From assembly GCA_044229975.1 (NCBI GenBank), contig JBGARZ010000019.1, positions 64,001-128,000 on the forward strand: a DNA stretch of 64,000 nt. The letters are read 5' to 3'. The stretch comes from Polyangiales bacterium (lineage in GTDB: Bacteria; Myxococcota_A; Polyangia; Polyangiales; Ga0077539). The position numbers and the translations under genes are program-made. This document shows positions 41,038-49,243 of the stretch, piece by piece. Position 1 is the stretch's first letter. Each line of letters opens with the position of its first letter. The notes under the pieces were generated by a model. The model saw only the letters and a program-made list of their open reading frames with translations, was not told the origin of the DNA and searched no databases.

Positions 41038-42048
41038 ATGACCAACCAGGGACAAGACCTCGCGCAGTGGTTTCACCGCTCGCTCCTTCCGCCGGTGCTC
41101 GAAGCGGGTGAGGTGATCGGCCTCATCGGGAAGGCGACGTGCGACGGACCCGTCACCCGCGACGCCAGCGGCCGGATCGTCGGGCTCTTCAGCGGAATGA
41201 AGTGGGCGGGCCAGACCTCGGACGCCAACGCGGATGCGTTCATCGTCTTCACGTCGACGCGCGTCCTCCTGATGCCGGGCTTCGTGTTCATGAGCGAGCA
41301 CGGGCAGCAGAACATCGTCTACGGACTCAGCAGCATCCGCTGGTCGGCGGTCACGCGGATCAACGTTCCGTCCGAGGCGATCTCCGGGCAGAAGCGCTAC
41401 CTCAACCTCCACCTCTACGACCCCAGCAACCCCAACGGCTTCACCGTCGTGAAGCTCGCCATCTGGTTCAAGGACGACGGCATCGCGACGCAGCGCGACT
41501 TCTTCGATCGGGCCGCCGCCGTCGCCCAGGAGCGGGTGCAGTCTGCGCAGGCCGCGCGCGTCCCCGCTCCGCCGCGCGCGTGGGACGTCCTCTTCTGCAA
41601 CGAGATCAACGATCGACCCGACATGGACGCGCTGGCCGCCGTGAAGCGGGCCGAGCGCGCCGCGGCCCACGCGAAGCGCTACTCCCCGAAGAACGTCCTC
41701 CGCGCCGGAAGCGTCCTGGCGCTCCTGGCGGCGCTCGGTGCCGCGGGCGCCGCCGCGAACCAGTGGTCCGAACACATCGACTCCATCGACGACACGCGAC
41801 GGGTGCAGGACTCGCTCCGGCGCGAGGAGGGCCGCTCCTCCGCTCTCTCCCGCGCGGAGACGGAGTTCTATCGGCTTCGAGACGAGAACCGCCTCTCGTA
41901 CCTCCGCCGGAAGACCGACAAGACGATGGCGCAGGGCGTCGCCCTCTCGGTCGCGGTGGTCTCCCTCGCCGCGTTGTCCGCGTGGTTGTTCGTGCGCGCG
42001 AAGAAGCTGCCATCGACCGAAGCGGGAGCGGCCCTCGCTCCGGCGTAG
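41038..42048 (+). CDS. Hypothetical membrane protein (possible PH-like N-terminal domain, two C-terminal TMs)
   Basis: FIVFTSTRVLL-type strand pattern; two hydrophobic helices flank a charged coil. Confidence 0.65.
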   Translation: MTNQGQDLAQWFHRSLLPPVLEAGEVIGLIGKATCDGPVTRDASGRIVGLFSGMKWAGQTSDANADAFIVFTSTRVLLMPGFVFMSEHGQQNIVYGLSSIRWSAVTRINVPSEAISGQKRYLNLHLYDPSNPNGFTVVKLAIWFKDDGIATQRDFFDRAAAVAQERVQSAQAARVPAPPRAWDVLFCNEINDRPDMDALAAVKRAERAAAHAKRYSPKNVLRAGSVLALLAALGAAGAAANQWSEHIDSIDDTRRVQDSLRREEGRSSALSRAETEFYRLRDENRLSYLRRKTDKTMAQGVALSVAVVSLAALSAWLFVRAKKLPSTEAGAALAPA

Positions 42049-42095
42049 GTGACGGGCGGTTCGCACGGACGGCACCCACGGCGTAGCGTCGCACC

Positions 42096-42620
42096 GTGAC
42101 CTCCCCACCGACCCGATCAGGTTCATCGCCCGCGCTCCTCATCGCAGGCGCCTTTGTCGTCGTGCTCGGTGGCATCGGCACCTGCGCGGCGTACTTCCTC
42201 GCGCCACGCGGCGAGCGCGTCGGCGCGATCGATCTCATCGCCCACGCTCCGATCACCGTGAACCTCGCCGCGCGGAGCAAGCTCTCCTTCCGCCTCGACG
42301 CGACGCTGCCGTCTCCGACCAACGAGCACAGCTCCCGATCGAAGCGCAACGCCGTCTACAACACGCTCGGCGAGTCACGGCTCGTGGTCACCGTGACGCG
42401 CGAAGGTGGTGCGCCGCAGGTGACCCGCTGTGCGGCGTACGAGGGGCGCTTCGTGTCGGCGAGCGACACCAACACCGAGGTCGCGGTGACCGGCATCCCG
42501 CTGACGTGCGCGATCGATGACGCGAGCCCCGGGCGCTACACGATCACGGCGCAGGCGACCTGGGCGCGTGGCGTGACGGCGCGGCGGGCCTCGTTGGAAG
42601 TGCGCGCAGAGTCGCGCTGA
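42096..42620 (+). CDS. Hypothetical membrane-anchored beta-rich protein
   Basis: N-terminal TM segment; TAGCGT box 6 nt before the GTG. Confidence 0.65.
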   Translation: MTSPPTRSGSSPALLIAGAFVVVLGGIGTCAAYFLAPRGERVGAIDLIAHAPITVNLAARSKLSFRLDATLPSPTNEHSSRSKRNAVYNTLGESRLVVTVTREGGAPQVTRCAAYEGRFVSASDTNTEVAVTGIPLTCAIDDASPGRYTITAQATWARGVTARRASLEVRAESR

Positions 42621-42651
42621 GGTCTATCCTGCGCCGACGAAGGGCGCTCGA

Positions 42652-44919
42652 TCAGTCGCAGGTGGAGGCCGCGCAGACGGCGGGCGGCGCCTCGGGGCAG
42701 CGGCCGTCGACGAGCTGGATCGCGTCGAAGTCCGCGGTGCCCGGCGACCCGGCGACGAAGATCTCGGTCTTCAGCACGACGTGCGTGTAGCTCGGCATCG
42801 TGAACTCGCGCGCATACCAGTGCCACTGCCCGTCGGGTCGCACCGGCGACACCGGAACCGCGAAGCCCGACGGGTAGCACTCGTTGCCGATGAGCCAGTG
42901 TTCGGTGCCGACGGTGCCGCTCGCGTTGGAGGCGTTGATGCCGAGGAAGGGCTGGGTGCTGGCGCTCCCGCGGATCCACGCCGACAGGCAGTACACCTGC
43001 CCCGCCCGCACCGGGATGCCCGCGCGCGTGAAGGTGCGCCCGCCGCTGAAGAGAACCGTCTCCCGCATGAACGGCCCGCGGCACGCGCTGCCATCGCTCA
43101 TCACGACGATCGGCCCGCCGTCGACCGTGCGCCACGCCGTGGTGGTGTCCCAGGGCTCGACGAAGGCCTGGGTGCCGCACACGTTGCAGGCGCTCCCCGA
43201 GCACGACCGCGTCGGCAGGCAGGTGTTGCTCTCGCAGACGCCGTAGGTGCACGTGGTGTTCGTCGGGCAGACGTTGCCGCACGCGCCGCAGTTGGCGTTT
43301 TCGGTGTTGAGGTTGCGGCACACGCCGCCGCAGTTGCGCTCGCGGACGCCGCAGCACAGCCCCGCCTCGCACTGCCGACCGCTCGCGCAGGCGTTGTTGC
43401 ACGCGCCGCAGTGGGTGGCGCTGGAGAGCGGGTCGACCTCGCAGCCGTTGCTCGCGACACCGTCGCAGTCGAGGTAAGCCCCGTCGCAGGTCAGGCCGCA
43501 CGCGCTGCCCGCGCAGGTCGCGGTGCTACGGGCGCCCATCGGGCAGACGCGCGCGCACATCCCGCAATGAGCCACCGTGGTGCGGGTGTCGATCTCGCAT
43601 CCGTTGCTCGCGTCACCGTCGCAGTCGGCGTAGCCCGCGTCGCAGGTGAAGGCGCACGTCCCGCCGCCGCAGGTGGCGGTGGCGTTGGCGCGCGCCGGGC
43701 ACGCTCCGCCGCAGCGTCCGCAGTGGGCGGTCGACGACCCGAGGGTCACCTCGCAGCCGTTGGTCGCGTCGCCGTCGCAGTCGCCGAAGCCGTCGTTGCA
43801 GCGCAGACCGCACGCGCCCGTCGCGCAGGTGGCCGAGGCGTTGGCGGGCGTCGGGCACATGGTTCCGCACGCGCCGCAGTGGGTGAGCGTGATGCGGGTG
43901 TCGACCTCGCAGCCGTTGCTCACGTCGCCGTCGCAGTTGGCGAAGCCGTCCGCGCAGGAGCTCACGCCGCACACGCCCGCGACGCAGGCTGCGGTGCCGC
44001 TGGCGACCATGCAGGTGTTGCCGCACGTTCCGCAGTGGGTGGCGTCGGTGGCGAGCGTGACCTCGCAGCCGTTGCTCGGGTCACTGTCGCAATCGGCGAA
44101 GCCCGCGTTGCAGGCGTAGGCGCACGCGCCCGTCGCGCAGCTCGCGGTGCTGTTGGCGCGGGCGGCGCACGCCCTGCCGCAGCCGCCGCAGTGCATCACG
44201 TCGGTGGAGGTGTCGGTCTCGCACCCGTTGCTCGCCGCGCTGTCGCAGTCGCCGAAGCGGCCGGTGCAGGTCGCGACCGCGCACGCTCCGCCGACGCAGG
44301 CCGCGGCGCCGTTGGCGATGGCGCAGGCCATCCCGCAGCCGCCGCAGTGGGCGGTGTTGCTCTGCGCGTCGACGCAGGCGCCTGTGCAGCAGGTCGTGGC
44401 CGCGGGGCAGGCTTGCGTGGGGCTGCACCCGGCGACGCACTCGTTGCCCGCGCACACCCGACCCGCCGGGCAGTGGGCGTCGGTGGTGCAGGCCACGCAC
44501 TGGCGCGTGGTGGTGTTGCAGCGAAGGGAGGACGCACCGCCGTCGTCGCCCGCGCGGGCGCACGCCGCGTCGTCGCGACAGCCCGCGACGCAGCGGAAGG
44601 TGGCGCCCTCGCAGTACTGGCCCGACGGGCAGGTGTCGGTGGCGGGGGTGCAGGTCACGCAGCGCCCCGAGGCGACGTCGCAGGCGAAGTAGCCGAGCTC
44701 GTGGCCGCGGCAGTCGTCGTCGCGGTTGCATCGCAGGGTGCCCGCGTCGACGGGCGGTCGGTCGACGGGCGGGATGTCCATGCCGGTGTCGAGCGCGACG
44801 TCGAGGCCGAGGTCGGTGCCGACATCGGCGACGGCGGCGTCGTCGGGTGGGCCTCCGACGACGGAGCGGCCCGCGCAACCGAGCGCCATCAGCGCGACCA
44901 GCAGGAGTGTTTGGCGCAT
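42652..44919 (-). CDS. Cys-rich repeat (Stig1-like) lipoprotein with C-terminal carbohydrate-binding-like domain
   Basis: Lipobox ALGC. Six ~60-aa units HCGxCG...DCDxxxxNGCE. C-terminal GQVYCLSAWIR...GQWHWY. Start trimmed to ATG 44919. Confidence 0.85.
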   Translation of the reverse strand: MRQTLLLVALMALGCAGRSVVGGPPDDAAVADVGTDLGLDVALDTGMDIPPVDRPPVDAGTLRCNRDDDCRGHELGYFACDVASGRCVTCTPATDTCPSGQYCEGATFRCVAGCRDDAACARAGDDGGASSLRCNTTTRQCVACTTDAHCPAGRVCAGNECVAGCSPTQACPAATTCCTGACVDAQSNTAHCGGCGMACAIANGAAACVGGACAVATCTGRFGDCDSAASNGCETDTSTDVMHCGGCGRACAARANSTASCATGACAYACNAGFADCDSDPSNGCEVTLATDATHCGTCGNTCMVASGTAACVAGVCGVSSCADGFANCDGDVSNGCEVDTRITLTHCGACGTMCPTPANASATCATGACGLRCNDGFGDCDGDATNGCEVTLGSSTAHCGRCGGACPARANATATCGGGTCAFTCDAGYADCDGDASNGCEIDTRTTVAHCGMCARVCPMGARSTATCAGSACGLTCDGAYLDCDGVASNGCEVDPLSSATHCGACNNACASGRQCEAGLCCGVRERNCGGVCRNLNTENANCGACGNVCPTNTTCTYGVCESNTCLPTRSCSGSACNVCGTQAFVEPWDTTTAWRTVDGGPIVVMSDGSACRGPFMRETVLFSGGRTFTRAGIPVRAGQVYCLSAWIRGSASTQPFLGINASNASGTVGTEHWLIGNECYPSGFAVPVSPVRPDGQWHWYAREFTMPSYTHVVLKTEIFVAGSPGTADFDAIQLVDGRCPEAPPAVCAASTCD

Positions 44920-44986
44920 GAGCCGACGGTGCCGACATCGCGCGAGGTGCGTCAAGGATCGGCGCAGGTCGACGTCGCCCGACCTG

Positions 44987-45697
44987 CTACCAATCGCGCC
45001 AGTCAAACGCGAAGGGGGTGGCGACGCGACGTGTGTCGAACGGCGCCCTTGTGCCCAGGCGCAAGAACACGCGGCCGTCGAACAGGTGTTGTGCATGGAC
45101 CCAGATGCCGTCGCCCCGCAGGCATGCCTCTCGCGGGTTCCCTTCGGGCATCGTTTCGAGACCGGCCGACACGAGACCGGCAATGATCGCGTCGAAGTCG
45201 GCCTTGTTGCCCGTCATCGCATGGAACCGATACGGGCAGCGAGCGAGCTCCATCGTGACGAAGACGCCGCACATCAACATCGACGAAAAGGAGTGACACA
45301 GCAGGCGGGGGTTGCCTCCCTCGTCGAGCAGATGGACCGCGGGGTCGTCGCCGTCGTCGAGAAAGACCGCGTAGAAGCAGGTCTGCATTCCGTCTGCGCC
45401 GAAGAGCAAGACGCGTCGACCGTCGTGCGTGAAGTCGATCCAGTCCAACGACCATGCTTCGGCGTCGGCGAATGAGACGTCCATTTCTCCATTGAACAAT
45501 CCCGCCAGCGGGCGCCGTCCCATCAGACTCCAATATTCCCTCAAGGTTGCGGGTAAGGGTGCGCCGAGACGCTGCTGGAAATCGTCCAGATCGCGCTCCG
45601 CGACTCCCGCCGCGTCCGGACCGTCATGCTCGGGGGACAACACCGTCAGGCGGTCGACGAATCTCTTCAGGACGACGACGTGAGTGGGCACTGGCAT
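44987..45697 (-). CDS. SMI1/KNR4 (SUKH) family immunity-like protein
   Basis: GVAERDLDDFQQRLGAPLPATLREYW, DDPAVH and SFSSML. GC visibly lower than the flanks. Confidence 0.7.
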   Translation of the reverse strand: MPVPTHVVVLKRFVDRLTVLSPEHDGPDAAGVAERDLDDFQQRLGAPLPATLREYWSLMGRRPLAGLFNGEMDVSFADAEAWSLDWIDFTHDGRRVLLFGADGMQTCFYAVFLDDGDDPAVHLLDEGGNPRLLCHSFSSMLMCGVFVTMELARCPYRFHAMTGNKADFDAIIAGLVSAGLETMPEGNPREACLRGDGIWVHAQHLFDGRVFLRLGTRAPFDTRRVATPFAFDWRDW

Positions 45698-45945
45698 CAA
45701 CCCGACGCGGCTTGTGGCGAGAGTTGTTCGGAGCTGAACAAGCCGCTTCGTGGAGAGGTACCGCACGAAGACTGGCAGCGTCAGGGGCGCTCCCCCTCGC
45801 TCACGCTCTGGGTCTGGCTCCAGGTTCTGGGACGTCTCGGTCGAACCGCGCGTCGGACCAGCGGGTTTCAGGTGACCAACCGACCCGATGAGGGCCTCGC
45901 GGCGCTCCGTCGCTGAGCCGTTCACCGAGCGGGCGTCGCGGCTCG

Positions 45946-46386
45946 TCAGGGTGAGCAGGCGGAGCTTCGCGGCAGGGGCATCGGGACGTGGAAGCGCACC
46001 TCGCGCGTGCCGTCGGTGAGGACATAGTCGCCCTCCGGCAGAGGCCCGGGCGTGCACTCCACGATCGGCGCAGAGCAAGCGGGAGGAATGGGGCCCGAGG
46101 GACAGTCGACGTCGACGGTGATGTGCCCTTGAACGCGCAGGGTGTTGCCCTCGCGCAGGACCGAGCAGGAGCTCGCCACCAACGTGTCGCAGATCGGGCG
46201 GCACCGCTGCGACAGAGAGACACCGATCGAGACGCGCGTCGGTTGGTCGGTCACCAACGCCAGCCCTCCTGCGACGAAGCCGTTGGCCACGACGCAGATC
46301 TGATCGAGGGTGAGCTCCTCCCTCCTCGGGCCGCAGGCGAGGAGCGCGGCGAGCGGAACGATCAATCGAAGCGTCGCGGGCGTCAT
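45946..46386 (-). CDS. Hypothetical Cys-containing lipoprotein
   Basis: MTPATLRLIVPLAALLAC lipobox. Confidence 0.7.
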   Translation of the reverse strand: MTPATLRLIVPLAALLACGPRREELTLDQICVVANGFVAGGLALVTDQPTRVSIGVSLSQRCRPICDTLVASSCSVLREGNTLRVQGHITVDVDCPSGPIPPACSAPIVECTPGPLPEGDYVLTDGTREVRFHVPMPLPRSSACSP

Positions 46387-46391
46387 GGGAC

Positions 46392-46928
46392 TCAGCGACA
46401 CACCCCCGAATACCGGCTCACGTACTCGTAGCGGGGACAGTCCGTCGAGCTGCCGCGGCACTGCCCGGAGAGCGTGCACCAGTTGCAGCTCTGGCTGGAG
46501 GAGATGCACGCGGCGCAGCCCGCAAGCGGGGTGCAGATGACCGAGCCGCAGGTGTCGCTGTCGGTCACGCGCGCGCCGGTGCACGGGTCACCCGCGGGCT
46601 GGCAGGTGTTGCTGGTCACGCACCATGCGCAGGTCTGGAGGGCGTTGCCGCACGAGCCACACGTCCGGAGGGCGCGGCAGTTGTCGGGGTCGGGACCCTC
46701 GCAGGTGGCGAAGCGCCACATGGGACAGGCGGCGCCCGTGGGGCCGAGGGAGGTGCCCGGCTGGCAGGTGTTGGTGCCGAGACACCAGCCGCAGCCCTCG
46801 CGGTCGGCGCAGGCGTCGCAGGTGGTGGCGCCGGTGCAGTCGGCGTCCGTTGGCTGGATGAGGCAGCCGACGTCGCCTGCGAGCCCGCCGAGGAGACCGA
46901 GGACGACGACGAAGGGAGACGCGCGCAT
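46392..46928 (-). CDS. Small secreted protein with three PSI(plexin)-like Cys repeats
   Basis: C....TC..C.....C.WC.....C pattern three times (CGWC, CAWC, CNWC) after an N-terminal hydrophobic signal. Confidence 0.7.
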   Translation of the reverse strand: MRASPFVVVLGLLGGLAGDVGCLIQPTDADCTGATTCDACADREGCGWCLGTNTCQPGTSLGPTGAACPMWRFATCEGPDPDNCRALRTCGSCGNALQTCAWCVTSNTCQPAGDPCTGARVTDSDTCGSVICTPLAGCAACISSSQSCNWCTLSGQCRGSSTDCPRYEYVSRYSGVCR

Positions 46929-46930
46929 GC

Positions 46931-48793
46931 TCACCACCCGAACTCCACCGAGGCGCTGAAGAGTCGCAGTGGAGTGTCCGCGCCGCGTTGGACCTCCTGC
47001 CATCCGAGGCCCGCCAGGATGCCGCCGACGTGGATGAAGCCTTCGAGCCGGTACGACGCCGCCGTGAAGGTCGAGCGGTTCTCCGCGTAGACCCAGCCCG
47101 GCGTGTAGAGCACCCGCGCGACGCCGCGCACCGAACGCCCGATGGAGACCTGCGCCCCGACGGCGGCATCGGCGTGTGCGGCCACCTCGCTGCGCCACGT
47201 CCCGATGTCCGCGCCGAGGCCGAGCATCGGGCTCACCCGCACCAGCGCCGGGCCGAAGTCGGCGACGTTGACCATGAAGCCCGCGCCGCCGGTGAAGCCG
47301 TTGAAGGTCGAGGCCTGCGGCGAGTCATCGATGACGCCGGCCAGTCGCAGTTGGAAGTGAACGCGCGAGGGCGTCGGGCGCGCCATGCACGCGCCGTTGC
47401 TGCACATGTTGCCGGCGCCGCAGGCCGCGTCGTTCTGGCAGAGGTTGGGGGCCACGCAGACGCCGGTGTTGAGCGAGCACGCGAGGCCGGGCGCGCAAGG
47501 GTCGCCCATGCAGCACGCCTGCCCGAGGCCGCCGCAGATCGATCGGTGCTCGATCATGTCCATCGCCGACAGAACGTCGTGCGCGAAGGGGTAGTGGCGT
47601 CGCACCGTCGGGTCGTCGGCCTGCGCCTGCCGACAGAGCGACACCATCAACTGGAACATCCCCGTCACGCGGCGCTGGTCGTCGGGCGGGAGCTGGTCGA
47701 CCTCGGCGACGGCGCGGTCCTCCAGCATGATCATCACCATGTTCCAGAGGTTGGCGGCGATGAGCACGCGCACCGGGGGCGTGGTGGCGCGCCGCGAGAG
47801 CTGCTCCAGGTGGCGGTTGACGTTCTCGTCGAACATCAGCCCCCAGGAGCCCGCCCGCACGATGTCGGTCACGAGCTGCGCGACCTCCTGCACCGACGCG
47901 ACCTGATCGGCGGGGAAGGCCTCGACGGGCGCGGCCGTGAGCTGCCCGCGCGCGGCGTTGAGCACCGTCTGGATCGGCTCGATGAGGGTGATGCCCTGCG
48001 CGCCGTGGGTGGGGTCGGCGCCCTGGCTGACCACCCCGAGGAGGTGGCCGTCCGCGTCGATGATGGGGCCGCCCGAGTTGCCCGGGTTGAGCGACATGGC
48101 GAGCTGCACGCGGCCGTCGTCGTTGACGCGGCTCACCTCGCCAGAGGTCGCAGCGGGCGTGCGCTCGCGCGCCTCCAACGGGTAGCCCGAGGCGGAGACG
48201 CGCTGGAGCATCTGGAGCGGCGGCGCGGTGGCGGGGAGCTCGACGAAGTCGGTGAAGGTTCCGGGCACCGAGAGGAAGGCCACGTCGTGGTCGCGGTCGA
48301 CGAAGAGCACCCGCGCGGGGAGCGCCTGCGCGGCGCCGGGGAGCAGCACCGCGAGCACGTCGGCGTTGGTCACGACGTGGCGCGCCGTGAGCACGATGCC
48401 GTCGCCGCGGACCATCACCCCGCTGCCGTGCGAGACGTCGGGGACGGCGACCAGACGAACGCGCCCCGATCGGTCGCCGCGCACCTGATCGGACGAGACG
48501 CCGTGCAGGGCGACGATGCGAACGGTGGCCCGATCGATGGGGCGCAGGGCCATCACCGCGGGCGAAGGAACGGGCGCGTCCGAGATGGGCGGATTGACGG
48601 CGTAGACCTGAGTCACGACGGCGGGAGTGGTCGGCGCGGAAGCGGGGGGCGTCGCGGCGGGGGTTGCGGGGGCAGGCTGCCGTCGCGGCGCAGGCGGTCG
48701 TCGCGGTTGGGCCGACGCGAGCACGGGCGCGAGGGCGACGCACAGCGCCACCCGGAGGGTCAGCGACCGAGAAGCCGCACGAAGGAGACGCAT
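46931..48793 (-). CDS. Trypsin-like (S1) serine protease with Cys-rich region and probable C-terminal beta-barrel
   Basis: LTARHVV, DVAFL and GNSGGP triad motifs; signal peptide; C-terminus ...SVEFGW. Confidence 0.88.
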   Translation of the reverse strand: MRLLRAASRSLTLRVALCVALAPVLASAQPRRPPAPRRQPAPATPAATPPASAPTTPAVVTQVYAVNPPISDAPVPSPAVMALRPIDRATVRIVALHGVSSDQVRGDRSGRVRLVAVPDVSHGSGVMVRGDGIVLTARHVVTNADVLAVLLPGAAQALPARVLFVDRDHDVAFLSVPGTFTDFVELPATAPPLQMLQRVSASGYPLEARERTPAATSGEVSRVNDDGRVQLAMSLNPGNSGGPIIDADGHLLGVVSQGADPTHGAQGITLIEPIQTVLNAARGQLTAAPVEAFPADQVASVQEVAQLVTDIVRAGSWGLMFDENVNRHLEQLSRRATTPPVRVLIAANLWNMVMIMLEDRAVAEVDQLPPDDQRRVTGMFQLMVSLCRQAQADDPTVRRHYPFAHDVLSAMDMIEHRSICGGLGQACCMGDPCAPGLACSLNTGVCVAPNLCQNDAACGAGNMCSNGACMARPTPSRVHFQLRLAGVIDDSPQASTFNGFTGGAGFMVNVADFGPALVRVSPMLGLGADIGTWRSEVAAHADAAVGAQVSIGRSVRGVARVLYTPGWVYAENRSTFTAASYRLEGFIHVGGILAGLGWQEVQRGADTPLRLFSASVEFGW

Positions 48794-48932
48794 GGACACC
48801 TCTGCAGACGCGCCCCGAGATGAGGCCCCGTTCCCGCGTGAGATGTCGTTACTTCAACGCAGAGCGACGGGTCAACCCGTCGGGGAGCTCGGTAGTGTCC
48901 TTGGTTGAGGCCCAGTGTCCCACGTTGAGAGT

Positions 48933-49183
48933 CCGCGTCGCTCACGCCGGAGTTCACCGTGCCGTCCCCGCGCTCACCGCGCTCGGTTCACTCCGGGCTA
49001 TTTCACGCGGATCGCCCCGCCCGAAGCGGGGCTCAGGCGGCTCTTGCTGCGGTGGTGGGTTCGCCCAGGATCGGATTCACGGAGCCCCGCTCCGGGCGGG
49101 GCGATCCGCGTGAAATAGCCCGGAGTGAACCGAGCGCGGTGAGCGCGGGGACGGCACGGTGAACTCCGGTGTGAGCGACGCGG
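48933..49183. mobile_element. 251-bp fold-back element with 102-bp terminal inverted repeats (MITE/REPIN-like)
   Basis: 48933-49034 vs 49082-49183 are reverse complements at 100/102 positions, with a 47-nt loop. Confidence 0.7.
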
Positions 49184-49243
49184 GTGTCCTGCTTTGACGG
49201 GCGCACGAGAGTCAGTGTCGCAACGCGGACACCACCGCAAGTT

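Noticed and set aside
48865..48882. Hairpin CGACGGG-TCAA-CCCGTCG as a terminator or riboswitch
   Set aside because: The stem is only 7 bp, with no U-tract and no recognisable riboswitch consensus.
48760..49240. Small ORFs sharing the peptide SPCRPRAHRARFTPGYFTRIAPP
   Set aside because: An artefact of translating both arms of the 102-bp inverted repeat.
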